64,000 bases of DNA from Octopus vulgaris (GCA_951406725.2 OX597843.1:7254001-7318000); one strand, 5' to 3'. Numbered from the stretch's first letter, positions 1 through 12,184 are shown. Program-made: numbers and translations. Notes: generated by a model not told the origin, from the letters alone.

Positions 1-560
1 CACACACACACACACATAGGATCTGTTTATGCATGTTTTAGTTCTTAGCTCGAAATATGAAACCCCTAATCCCTTGTCATTTTTTTAAATAGTTTCACTG
101 GGGTTTCAACATGGCTGCGTGTCTGTTTAAGGATCCCTTGCTCAGTTCAAGAAATATATTTTAATCGTTCACATTACTGTAAATATTTTGTGATAGGGGA
201 TTAAAGATTAAGAGATTATGATAATTACATTAGAGGGGACAGATGGGCGGGAAAGGGGCGAAGAGAGAGGGAGAGACAAAAGGGAAAGGAATGCGTGTGT
301 TCGGTGGAGACTTTGCAGTTGTGTGTCTGTATGTGTGTGTGTATATACTTATATGCGTGTGTATTTGTGTGTGTATATATACATATGTGTATGTGTGTAT
401 ACATATATTTGTGTGTGTGTGTGTGTGTACATATACGAGTGTGTGTGAATGTGATTATATATATGTGTATGTGTGTCGATATATGTGTGTGTGTGTGTAT
501 ATATATATGTGTGTGTGCATACATATATGTGTAAACATGTGTGTGTGTTTGTGTGTGTCT

Positions 561-750
561 ATTCTTTTACTTGTTTCACTCATTAAAGTGCCAGACATTT
601 TAGTCGAACACATTGACCTGAGAACTTTTTGTGAAGCCTATTACTTACTCTATCGGTCTTTCTAGCCTTGCCGAACCGCTAAGTCACGGGGACGTAAACG
701 CACCAACACCGGATGTCAAGCGATAGCAGAATGACAAACATAGATACACC
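561..750 (-). mobile_element. tRNA-derived SINE family A, 3' half
   Basis: Reverse complement of the family A tail (tttacgtccccgt..cttagcggttcggcaa..accgataga..gaaacaagtaaaagaat), shared with about 20 copies in the window. Confidence 0.8.
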
Positions 751-822
751 AACACATACATACATATATAAATATATGTGTGTGTGTGTGTGTGTGTGTA
801 TGTGTGTGTGTATAACGTGTGT

Positions 823-861
<39 letters not shown>

Positions 862-862
862 T

Positions 863-899
<37 letters not shown>

Positions 900-998
900 T
901 AGATAGATAAAGATATATATATAGATATATATAGATATAGATATATAGATATATAGATATCTTTATCTATCTATATATATATATATATAGATAGATAA

Positions 999-1067
<69 letters not shown>

Positions 1068-1075
<8 letters not shown>

Positions 1076-1760
1076 TGAGGGTACTACTATTCGTAGATAC
1101 CAACACGCTTAGAGGGACCAATGCGGTCAAAACTACTAAAAATAAACAAAATTTTACCGAATGCAAAACTTCAAAACACATCATTTTAAAAAGAATTCAG
1201 TTAGATATCACATGTGATTTCGCATTTAATGCAGAATATGCATTTCATGTTCGTCAGTGCAACAAACTCAAGAAATATAAGAAAAAACATAACATTACAA
1301 ACTCGATAGCCAACCGTAGAATTCGTCGTAGCTTGTACGAATGTTTATCCTTACATATCTATGAAAATGGCGGGCTTTTTCGCAATGCATTTCGGTAACA
1401 AATTGCCTAGTCGGAAAAAAAATTCAGTATTGAACTATTCCGGTGAAAAATATATATTAACAATTGAGAATAAAATCTTTAAAAGAAATTATCAGTAGTC
1501 AGCGTGAAAAACCTCGTAAGAGAAAAATCCGTAAATTCTTCCTCTTTGAAAATATTCATTTATATTATATTGAGGGTACTACTATTCGTAGATACCAACA
1601 CGCTAAGAGGGACCAATGCGGTCAAAACTACTAAAAATAAACAAAATTTTACCGAATGCAAAACTTCAAAACACATCATTTTAAAAAAAAATTCAGTTAG
1701 ATATCACATGTGATTTCGCATTTAATGCAGAATATGCATTTCATGTTCGTCAGTGCAACA
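1068..1760. mobile_element. Penelope-like pLTR remnant with ~195-bp direct repeat, in a (TA)n tract
   Basis: 1070-1264 is nearly identical to 1565-1760; 1460-1610 is homologous to 28705-28870; decayed hammerhead-like motif at 1377-1418 (-); flanked by (TA)n. Confidence 0.55.
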
Positions 1761-1767
1761 TATATAT

Positions 1768-1823
<56 letters not shown>

Positions 1824-2610
1824 ATATCTAATCTGCCCTTCCTTCGCTTTGCATGAAACTGCCGTGTATGTACTTGGAAGAAGCTATTGAAGACCTTTGA
1901 TTTGTGACCGCGCTAGTAGTGGTGGGCATGTTGCTTGATTTCAATAACAGTAGCAGCCAAGAAGGCAGCAGCAACAACAAGTAAAACGCAATACTTGAAC
2001 TAGAGTACATCCTATAACGCAACACGACAACACATAAAATTATACCAACCTCCATCCACAAGGTAACAAAAAATTGGTGATAACATCAACATTAACAACA
2101 ATAACAACAACAACAGCAGTAGCAGCTGTAGCAGCAGCAGCAGTAGCAACAGCAACAATAACTGTCAATGATCGCCGCCATATTTCAATTACCAAAACTT
2201 GGCTGTCAAATAATATTTTCGTCAAAGGATGCATTATTTGTCGTGATGTTTCTCACACAGAGAATGATGGAGTCTAGATGTGGTTGTTAGAATGACTAGA
2301 AATAGCGGTGAATTCCCTCTCGGGTTTATCATTTCGCCCAGCTCTTGTAAACACAGCGTGGACGCGGTTGAGAAACAAACAACGGTACAAAGCGAATATT
2401 AAACATATACCCAGAGCAGCGGCTCTCAACAAGGCTAGTTCGAGCGCTCATTTGTTCAATCAACATTTAATAACATCTGGACCAGCAAAAGTGTCCTAAG
2501 TTAAAGACTATAGGACAAGCGAATGGGTGATACAAGTTGGTGAAAGACAATTCCTAAACATTGTGAAAACAAAAGCTCGTCTATTATGGTGTCATTCGAA
2601 GAAGCAGAAG

Positions 2611-3028
2611 TTTACTCTTTTACTTGTTTCAGTCATTTGACTGTGGCCATGCTGGAGCACCGCTTTTAGTCGATCGAACAAATCGACCCCAGGACTTATT
2701 CTTTCTAAGCCTAGTACTTATGCTATCGGTTTCTTTTGCCGAACCGCTAAGTTACGGGGACGTAAACACATTCGTAAACAAATTCGGTTGTCAAGCGATG
2801 TGTTTGTGTGTGTGTGTGGGGGGGGGGGGGTGCAAACAAAGACGCACAAACACACACATATATATACATATATACAACGGACTTCTTTCAGTTTCCGTCT
2901 ACCAACCCACTCAGAAGGATTTAGTTGGTCCAAGGCTATAGTAGAAAACACTTGCCTAAAAGTGGCACGCAGTGGGACTGAACCCGGGACAATGTGGTTG
3001 GGAAGCAAACTTTTTACCACACAACCAC
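2611..3028 (-). mobile_element. SINE family A, full length
   Basis: Minus-strand head with A box (tggttgtgtgg) and B box (gggttcagtccc), internal TA/TG microsatellite, conserved tail ending gactgaaacaagtaaaagag. Confidence 0.9.
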
Positions 3029-3600
3029 CGCCACTACAACCACCATCGGCAACACAACTACCACTCTCACCTGACATTTATAAGACAACTATCACCACAC
3101 CACCAGTACCATCACCAATACTACTATTACAACCACCACCACTATAACTACAACTACCACAAATATTACCACCACCACTAATGCTACCACCACCACTACC
3201 ACCAATACCATCACCGCTACCACCAAGACTACTATTACAACCACCACCACTATAACTTCAACTACCACAAACATTACCACCACCACAACCACCACCACTA
3301 ATGCTACCACCACCACTACCACCAATACTATCACCACTACCACCAATACTACTATTACAACCACCACCACTAACACTACCACCAACACCACCACCACTAA
3401 TGCTACTACCACAACCACCACTACCACCACCAATACCACCATCTTCAGTACGATCACCATCTCGACCATGATCATCGCTATCATCATTATCATAAACACC
3501 AATAAAAACACCACTATCACCATTACTACCATCACCACCGCCACCAATACCACCACTAACGCTAGTACTACTACCATCACAACAACCCCAACCCAACTCC
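3028..3600. repeat. Cryptic (CCA/CTA)n trinucleotide repeat with longer internal reiterations
   Basis: accaccactaatgctaccaccaccactaccaccaatac blocks recur at ~120-bp spacing. Confidence 0.85.
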
Positions 3601-3770
3601 CACACACCAGACACCCGAAATCTTTAAACATTTCATGCAGAAGTTTCGAACAGATTTGTCTCAATTTTGGTTTAAAGGAGAACAACAACAACAACAATAA
3701 CTGTAACAAAGCAGCAGTAGCAGCAGAAGCAGCAACCGAAGCAACAACAACTAAAACATCAATAAAAATA

Positions 3771-4150
3771 GGCGCAGGAGTGGCTGGTAAGCAGCTTGCT
3801 TACCAAGCACATGGTTCCGGGTTCAGTCCCACTGCATGGCACCTTGGGCAAGTGTCTTCTACTATAGTCTCACTCCGACCAAAGCCATGTGAGTGGATTT
3901 GGCAGATGGAAACTGAAAGAAGCCCGTCGTATATATATGTATGTGTGTGTATTTGTGTGTCTGTGTTTGTCCCCCAGCATCACTTGACAACCGGTGCTGG
4001 TGTGTTTACGTCCCCGTAACTTAGCGGTTCGGCAAAAGAGACCGATAGAATAAGTACTAGGCTTACAAAGAATAAGTCCTGGGGTCGATTTGTTCGAAAT
4101 TAAAACACTTCAAGGCGGTGCTCCAGTATGGCCGCAGTCAAATGACTGTG
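3771..4150 (+). mobile_element. SINE family A, full length
   Basis: ggcgcaggagtggct..ggtaag..ggttccgggttcagtcccactgc head; ccttgggcaagtgtcttctactatag body; tail ggcggtgctccag.atggccgcagtcaaatgactg. Confidence 0.92.
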
Positions 4151-4184
4151 GCCATACTAAAGAAAAAAAAGAAGAAAAGTATTA

Positions 4185-4433
4185 TAGAATGCAAGTGGCT
4201 GAGTACTCCGGAGACACACTTACTCTTAGTGTAGTTCTCGGGGTGATTCAGCGTGACAGAGAATGTGAAAAAGCTGTCTCTTTGAATTACAACTCATTTT
4301 TGCCATCTGAGTGGACTGGAGCAATGTGAAATAAAGTGTCTCGCTTAAGGACACAATGCGTCGCCAGGTATCGAACTTGTGACCTTGTGATCGTGAGCCG
4401 AATAACCTAAGCACTGAGCAACGCGCCTTCACG
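4185..4433 (-). mobile_element. SINE family C (tRNA-like head plus CORE-like body), tail type 1, 3'-truncated
   Basis: Minus: gtgaaggcgcg..ctcagtg..aagttcgatacc..gtgtccttaagcgagacactttatttcac..gctccagtccactcag; homologous to 10827-11150. Confidence 0.8.
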
Positions 4434-5179
4434 CACACCCCTACATCATACTACGACGGCAAACATCAATTTAATCACCATCACTACCATCGTGCACATC
4501 CGCCACTTGCAGCCGCCCCCTCGCACCCCCTACCCCCGTCGTTGTCCTCTAACCTCCACACACCCCTCTCATCCACTCACCACCCTCGCCTTCACCGCCC
4601 CCCCCGACCTTCTTAGTCAGATCCCCGGTAACGGACGACCCCTTTTTCCTCCAACCTGATCCGATCCATGTCCCCGGTTAACAGCTGTCACACGAGCAAA
4701 AACAAAACAGACACCGCGTTACCACCACCACCGACAAAAACACAGCCACTACCCCCACCGTCCCTACCACTGCCGTCCGCCGCCACCACCACCACCACCA
4801 CCACAACTACTATCACTACTATTACTATTTGTTTTACTAGCACCCGCACCACCGCCACCAACACCGCTGTCATCATCGCCACACCACCGCCACCACCATA
4901 ACTACTACTACCACAACCTCCACCATCGCCTTCACTCTGCAGCCATCACAACTATCATACAACCACCACTACCATCTCACCCCCCCCCCCCACACTTACC
5001 GCTACTACCTTAACCACTACATGCCACCACCACCATTACTGCCAACAAAAAAACCAGCCGCGAGAGAAGACATGGATTGATTAAGAAAAATTAAGCTGGA
5101 AGTCAGACATATTGGAAGTAGTAGTAGTAGTAGTAGTAGTAATGGGGGAGGGGTTGATATAAGAGCGCACAGACATAGT

Positions 5180-5915
5180 GACAGTGTATCTAGGACTACG
5201 CCATCTAATGTGTCCTTTCTTGTGGTTGTTGTTGTTGTTTAGCCCCAGGAAAGTCCTGATCCAGGTAGACCTATGATCAAGGATGTTCCAGCTCTGACCA
5301 TCCCGTCTTATATTCAGGCATAGTGTATCTAGGACTACATTATCTAATGTATCCTTCCTTGTTGATGTTGTTTAGCCCCAGGTCAGTCCTGATCCAGCAG
5401 ACCTATGATCAAAGATGTTCCAGTTGTGACCATCCTGTCTTTTATTCAGACAGTCTATCTAGGACTACATTATCTGATGTGCTCATCCTTGTTGTTTAGC
5501 ACCAGGTCAGTCCTGATCCAGCAGACCTATGATCAAAGATGTTCCAGCTGTGACCATCCCGTCTTATATTCAGACATAGTGTATCTAAGACTACATTATC
5601 TGATGTGCCCATTCTTGTTTCTTTAGCCGCAGATCAAAGACATTCCTGCTCTGACTATCCTGTCTTTTATTCAGACATAGTGTATCTAGGACTACATTAT
5701 CTAATGTGTCCTTCCTTGTTCTTGTTGTTTAGCCCCAGGACAGTCCTGCTCCAGCAGACCTAAGACGTTCCAGCTGTGACCATCCTGCCTTTTATTCAAG
5801 ACACAATCTATCTTAGACTAGACCAGCTAATCTACGCTTCAAATTTATAACCAATAGCGTATGGTTTCAGGGGAATTTGGCTATTATTTTCCGAACGTCG
5901 AGTGACCACGTGTTC
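5180..5915 (-). repeat. Tandem array (~5 units, ~100-135 bp) of a retroelement 3' tail ending in (AAC)n, plus upstream part of the same element
   Basis: Unit tagtgtatctaggactacattatctaatgtgtccttccttgttg..tttagccccaggtcagtcctgatccagcagacctatgatcaaagatgttccagctgtgaccatcc; also at 53095-53230 and 60405-60830. Confidence 0.85.
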
Positions 5916-6614
5916 TGCCTCCTTCTGCTCCTGCCTCTGTTGCAGTCATGCGCACTGGAGCGTTTCAGAAGCGATTTAATAAGAAAGTGAACAGCTTGTC
6001 TTCGTTCATTCTGTTTAAACACATTCACAAGTGTGGGAGTGAGCGCACATGTAATATGTTTAGACATCAATACATACAAAACATACATATTATTCCGACC
6101 TAAATATTTGCATACAGGCTTTAATACGTATGCACGTATTTGCATACATCTACGTATATATGCATGCGAATGGAGGCACGTATACATACATAATACATAC
6201 ATACATATATTTAGGCATTCAGATATGTGTAGATGTGTTCAAGCGTGTATGTTTACATGTGCATATACCTGCAAACACGAAATCATATACACATATATAC
6301 ATTGTGTATATATATATATATATATATATACAATCACACATACACACCACGCACGCACGCACATATATACGCAATCATACGCAAACACATACACGCATAT
6401 GTACACTATATATATATATACATATAAACATTTGTGTGAATACACACGTGCTAATTAATATATATATGTGTGTTTGTGTGTGGTTGTATACAAATGCATG
6501 TATATGTATAAGAATATATACATATATATATATATACGTATATATATATATATATATACATGCATACATTTATGTATATATATATATATTCATAGATATA
6601 CACACACATACCTA

Positions 6615-6670
<56 letters not shown>

Positions 6671-7740
6671 CATACTTACATACACACTCAAATATATTTA
6701 TATCTATATCTCTATATCTATCTACCTATACACACACACGCGCGCACACACACACACACGCACACACACACACATAATCGCGGACGACAAGCACGAAAAC
6801 AAATGAAAAATGCAAACACATTATTTCTGTTTGAATAAAGTAAAATCTCAATTTATTATATTTGAAATTTTCAGAAAAATCTTTAATTAATCTTAAATAT
6901 CCAATATAATATTGATTGATTTCGATATAAAACTGGTCTGGTTTTTGCGAGGAGAAGTTGTGAGGTCGTGGGATTGTGGGGGCTTATCTCGCGTCTGCTG
7001 AGGAAAAGTGGAATATCTCTGTTTAAAATCCATGTTACTCGGAAATTATGTATACATGGTTTGTGTGTATGTGTATTTGTGTGTGCATGCGTGTACGTGT
7101 ATGTGTAATATATATGTGTCTGTATATGTATGTATGTATGTATGTATGTGTATATATATATATATATATATACGAATATTTTTTTTTCACGGAGGTCGCT
7201 CGTAATGCGAAAACTCGTAAAGCAGAGCAATAATTTCCCATAGTATCAATGATATAAATTGCAATAAGTTCCCAGAAAAATATTTTACCTATAAATTTTA
7301 TAATTCTCGTAAATAAATGGCAATAAAACAACAGAATATTTTATGTAAATTAAAAGGAATGTCAAGATTATGATAACAAAAATATTTTTATTGTAATCGT
7401 TCTCTGAATCACTTTCACTTGCACTAGACTCGCGCGCACCATCACTTGTAGACGCGGTCACCGATTCACAAGCACTCGTATACGGACTAGTAGATTTCGG
7501 AAGCAAGTTTCTTAGCACACAGCCACTCCTGTGCCTGGACGAATATCTCCAAGAAACTCCTGATAATTCCGGATGTATCTCTACAAATAATAGCCCTTTA
7601 CTTAAATGAGATATGTTGTCCAAAGAATGGTTTCAATATGAAACGTCATTAAACGCCTTTTCCAGGTGTGATGGTATTAAGTGTTTGGCATGGCCGGGTC
7701 AAATTCTGGCCGACACTTCCCTAAGTATCTAAGTATTTCA

Positions 7741-7813
<73 letters not shown>

Positions 7814-7849
7814 CACGTATGTATGTATGTATATGTATATGTATAAATA

Positions 7850-8066
7850 GGCGCAGGCGTGGCTGTGTGGTAAGAAGATTGGTTCCCAATCACATGGTTG
7901 TGGGTTCAGTCCCACTGCGTGGCACCTTGAGCAAGTGTTTTCTGCTATGACCTCAGGCCGACTAACACCTTGTGAGAGCATTTGATAGACAGAAACTGAA
8001 AGAAGACCGTCGTAAAACATTTTTAAGAATTTAAGGATACACACACACACACACACATTATATATG

Positions 8067-8099
<33 letters not shown>

Positions 8100-8340
8100 A
8101 TGTGTGTGTGTGTGTGTGTGTGTGTTTATGTGTATGTTTGTGTGTGTTTGTTCCTTCACAATCGCTTAATAACCGGTGTTGGTGTGTTTACGTTCCCGCA
8201 AATTAGCAGTTTAGCAAAAGAGGCCAATAGAATAGGTACTAGGCTTACGAAGAATAAGTCCTGGGGTCGATTCGTTCGACTAAAGCTGGTGCCCCAGCAT
8301 GGCCGTAGTCAAAAGACTGAAGCAAGTAAAAGAATAAAAG
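7850..8340 (+). mobile_element. SINE family A, full length with expanded internal microsatellite
   Basis: Head ggcgcaggcgtggctgtgtggtaag and tail gactgaagcaagtaaaagaataaaag. Confidence 0.88.
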
Positions 8341-8355
8341 AATATATTATACATA

Positions 8356-8574
8356 CGAGGGGGTGCTTGAAAAGTTCCTGGCTTTGGGTAAAAAAAAATA
8401 GAGGAGGATCACCTAATTATGATTTTATTCAACATATTCCCTTCTCAGATTCGCATACTTATTGCAGCAGTCCTTCAGTTTTTCTAAGTCCTATAAAAAG
8501 AATTGGGAAGGTTTGGCCTCCAATCAGGTCTTCCGCGAGATCCTTAAAGCCAAGAATCTTTCAGTACCCCTTTG
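8356..8574 (-). mobile_element. Mariner-derived MITE (~220 bp)
   Basis: TA then cgagggggtgcttgaaaagttcctggcttt, inverted at aaagccaagaatctttcagtacccctttg; minus strand reads FFL*DLEKLKDCCNKYANLRREYVE*, like a mariner transposase C-terminus. Confidence 0.75.
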
Positions 8575-8862
8575 TGCGTGAGTATGTATATATGTGTGAG
8601 TGTGTTCTATTTTTTACTTATTATAAATCTTCCACTGAGGAGAGAGCTGGTTTCCAACAAAGAGACAAGGCTCCATCCTTGGGATGTACTTAAAGGCAAA
8701 TTCACATTTAGAACTTGAGAAAAGTTTTGCATATTTTTAGTGTGTATATATAAATATATATATATATGTATATGTATATATGTATATATATACGTTGGAT
8801 CGTTAGCCCCTACACGCAATTTTTCTCTCTCCTTGTTTCTGTCCTTGTTTCTTTCTGCGTTC

Positions 8863-8898
8863 CTTTCTGTCGAAGAGCGTAGGCTCGAAACGTAAAAG
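8863..8898 (+). ncRNA. Minimal type-I hammerhead-ribozyme-like motif (core CUGUCGA variant)
   Basis: cttt-CTGTCGA-A-gagc(gtag)gctc-GAAA-cg-T-A-aaag: helix I cttt/aaag, 4-bp helix II, palindromic ACGT helix III. Confidence 0.6.
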
Positions 8899-9076
8899 AC
8901 TTGTGTTATTTCTATTCCTGAGCGCCATACTAATACATTATTTGTTTGTACTCCACCTGCCTTCGTCTTTTGTTTATTTTCGTAAACCTTCCGTTATATA
9001 TATATGTATATTCGCCATGATAGATCGCTAGCCACTACACATTCTATATTTTCTCTCCTTGTTTCTTTTTGTGTTC

Positions 9077-9112
9077 CTTTCTGTGGAAGAGCATAGCCTC
9101 GAAACGTTAAAG
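9077..9112 (+). ncRNA. Minimal type-I hammerhead-ribozyme-like motif (core CUGUGGA variant)
   Basis: cttt-CTGTGGA-A-gagc(atag)cctc-GAAA-cg-T-T-aaag. Confidence 0.55.
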
Positions 9113-9207
9113 ACTTCTTCACTTCCCGAGCATTATACTAATACATCTATTTGTTGTCTATACCACCTGTCTTCGTCTTTTGTTGTTTATTTTTAATGAA
9201 TTCTCCC

Positions 9208-9297
<90 letters not shown>

Positions 9298-9409
9298 TTA
9301 GACAGACCGGCGACAAGAAAGATTTAATAAACTTAAATAATTCCACGATTACTATTTTCCAGAATTTCATCTCTCGAATCTTCGAAGCCATTTTAATAAG
9401 GAAATATCG

Positions 9410-9469
<60 letters not shown>

Positions 9470-9470
<1 letters not shown>

Positions 9471-9837
9471 TCCTTTCTACTAAAGGTATAAGACCTGAAA
9501 TGTGGGGGTGGAGGCTAGTTGATTATGTGGATCCCAATACGAAACTGGTTCTTAGTTCATCGACCCCAAAAGGATGAAAAGCAAAGTCGACCTCAGTGGA
9601 ATTTGACCTCAGAACGTTGCGACAGATGAAATACCTATTTCTTTACTACCCACAAGGGGCTAAACAAAGAGAGGACAAACAAGGACAGACAAACGGATTT
9701 AGTCGATTATATCGACCCCAGTGCGTAACTGGTACTTATTTAATCGACCCCGAAAGGATGTAAGGCAAAGTCGACTTCGGCAGAATTTGAACTCACATCT
9801 CGCTCGGCGTGCTAACGACTCTGCCAGTTCGGCGCCT

Positions 9838-9838
<1 letters not shown>
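9470..9838 (-). mobile_element. SINE family B (internally duplicated), flanked by (TAA)n
   Basis: Minus: ggcgccgaactggcagagtcgttagcacgccg..gagttcaaattc.gccga.gtcgactttgcctt.catcctttcggggtcgattaaataagtaccag; homologous to 35901-36298. Confidence 0.85.
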
Positions 9839-9893
<55 letters not shown>

Positions 9894-10313
9894 TCTCATG
9901 TATTTATAGTCAGGAGGTGAGTGAAAGTGGGAGAAGGAATAACAGTGGAAGAAAAAGAAAGAGAAGGAGAAAAACACGTAGAGGGAAGGAAAGGTGAGGG
10001 GTGGGGCGATTGTTGTGAATGCAGTTGCCGACAGATCGATCTTAGTTGGCATGTTTAAATATTAAGAAGCACGCGGTGTGTTTAATTATTCATAAAAACT
10101 GTTGTGTTGATAGAAATCTGTTGGAGACTCTTTAGTTTCTTCTGCAGTCAAAAAGTGTCAGGTAAGGAAAATATTTATTTATTTATTGTTCTTTCTCTCT
10201 TCTCAGAAGTTCGTTTTCGAAGAGGAAACCGCTTTTCCCGTCACTATTTTAACGTATTCCGTCTGATAAAAACGTTCGAAATGCTTGAGCGTTCGAAAAT
10301 ATTTAGTCTTATA

Positions 10314-10469
10314 GGTGTAGGAATGGCTGTGGGGTAAGTAGTTTGCTTACGAACAACATGTTTCCGGGTTCAGTCCCACTGCGTGGCACCTTGGACAAGT
10401 GTCTTCTACTATAGCCTCGGGCCGACCAAAGCCTTGTGAGTGGATTTGGTAGACGGAAACTGAAAGAAG

Positions 10470-10512
<43 letters not shown>

Positions 10513-10738
10513 GTATTTGCGTGTATATGTTTGTGTGTCTGCGTTTGTCCCCCAGGATCGCTTGACAACCGATGCTGGTGTGTTTACGTCCCCGTAACTT
10601 AGCGGTTCGGCGAAAGAGACCGATAGAATAAGTACTAGGCTTACAAAAATTAAGTCCTGGGGTCGATTTGCTCGACTAAAGGCGGTGCTCCAGCATGGCC
10701 GCATTCAAATAACTGTAAAAAATAAAAGAGTAAAAGAG
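10314..10738 (+). mobile_element. SINE family A, full length
   Basis: Head, body, internal (TA)n and tail all present. Confidence 0.92.
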
Positions 10739-10826
10739 TTACATAGCTACGAGTGGCAGTTAGGAAGAGAGGAGTGTTTCGAAATGTTATCATTGTTTTT
10801 ATCTATAGCCTTATTTACTCCGAGTT

Positions 10827-11150
10827 GTGAAGACTCGTGGCCTAGTGGTTACGCTATTCGGCTCGCGATCTTAACGTTGTGTGTTCGGTCCCCGGCGGCG
10901 CGTTGTGTCGTTGAGCAAGACACTTTCACTTTCCACCAGTCCATTCAACCTTCAAAAATGAGCTCCGCCTGTAATTCAAACGGCCAGCCTTTACTCATTC
11001 TGTGTCACAGTCAATCTCCCTCAGAACGACGTTAAGGGTTCGCGTGTCCGTGAAGTATGCAGCCACATATATGTTAATTTCACGAGTAGGACGTTCCGTT
11101 GATTGGATCAAATGGGACTCTCGTCGTCGCAACCGACGGAAAGCCATTTT
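10827..11150 (+). mobile_element. SINE family C, tail type 1, full length and diverged
   Basis: A box tggcctagtgg, B box gttcggtccc, gtgtcgttgagcaagacacttt body; tail ttaatttcacgag..ctcgtcgtcgcaaccgacgga also at 21530-21715 (-). Confidence 0.8.
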
Positions 11151-11615
11151 TCTTTACCTACTTCGAGTTAAAAACTGTTAAGAACGAATTATTTCACTTC
11201 TCACGAATTTTCTAAACTTTGATTACTTAAATACCACACAATTCACATTGATACGAATAAAGTTTCTAAAACTGATAGCGAACTCGAAGGACTGCTTTTA
11301 TCAAATGATAGAAAGTTCGTTCTGCTTACAGAAGATAGGGTTTCGTATCGCATGGGTAACCTCCAGCTTTTTCCACGCAAGTGATTTTTAACTCTATAGT
11401 CTACACGTTATTAATTATATCTTTATCTACTTCGAGCTCCACCGTTAAAAACGATTTGTTTCATATTTCAAGGTTTTTAAATTATTATGATGTCGCGAGT
11501 GTGTTAGTTGGCTGGTTGAGTTGACGAATAAAAAGGGGGTGTCTTCGGCTGGATGAAGAGGTGACTGACAACACCCGCGAACAAGAGATTTTTTAAAATC
11601 CATAAAAGGCAAGCT

Positions 11616-11668
11616 TCTACTTTCACTTTCCTTTTCAAGTATCACTTGAAAAGGAAAGTGAGAGTAGA
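11616..11668. repeat. 25-bp inverted repeat with 3-nt spacer
   Basis: tctactttcactttccttttcaagt-atc-acttgaaaaggaaagtgagagtaga; the single mismatch is a G-U pair in + strand RNA. Confidence 0.9.
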
Positions 11669-11849
11669 CAGGCAGGTTTTGTCTAGCGAATGTTTCAAAA
11701 AAAGATTGGTGAATGTAACAAGGATGGCACGTATGAATGACGAGGCCACCTTGAGCATAATCCTATGAACCCGGCAAAATTTAAAACAGAGGGTTACTTA
11801 CTTGCAAATAAATGTGTTAACATGATATTATTGACCATAATATATATAT

Positions 11850-12030
11850 ATAGTTGAAATTTGCAGAAAAACAATAGACGAGGACAGGTGTATGAACAAC
11901 AAGCAGGTGTATTAGTTTGACTTCAGGAAGGTGAGAAAGACTTCTATGTTTCGAGCCGACGAAAGAAATAAGAAAATAAGCAGAGAGAGAATAGAAAAAC
12001 TTGTGGATTTAGCGTTCAAGCATGGTGGCT
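11850..12030 (-). mobile_element. Penelope pLTR/retrozyme-like unit with deleted hammerhead core
   Basis: Reverse homolog of 8795-8995; retains ggctcgaaacatagaag only. Confidence 0.6.
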
Positions 12031-12184
12031 GGTTGGGAAAAAAAGGTTTGACAAGAGAGGGTGAAAGAAGGGGAGATAATGAAGTACTGGTGGCTCCAAA
12101 ACTAAGGTTCGTGTGCGTGTGTGTATGTGAGAATGTGTAAATGTGTGTGTGTGGATAAGGGCTAGTAACTTTGCCGTGTGTGTG

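Larger units (their letters stand above)
8795..9210 (+). mobile_element. Tandem dimer of a ~214-bp Penelope pLTR/retrozyme-like unit
   Basis: Two diverged direct copies (8795-8995, 9012-9208) separated by (TA)n, each with a hammerhead-like motif; further copies at 11850-12030 (-) and 50915-51128 (+). Confidence 0.75.

Noticed and set aside
5180-5820. CRISPR-like or twister-ribozyme reading of the tandem array
   Set aside because: No unique spacers, eukaryotic context, and the twister core (GUCCCAAGCCC-like loop with pseudoknot partners) could not be completed.
7186-7740. Possible pogo/Tigger-like end and acidic piggyBac-like peptide
   Set aside because: No matching second TIR or catalytic motif seen; similarity is impressionistic.
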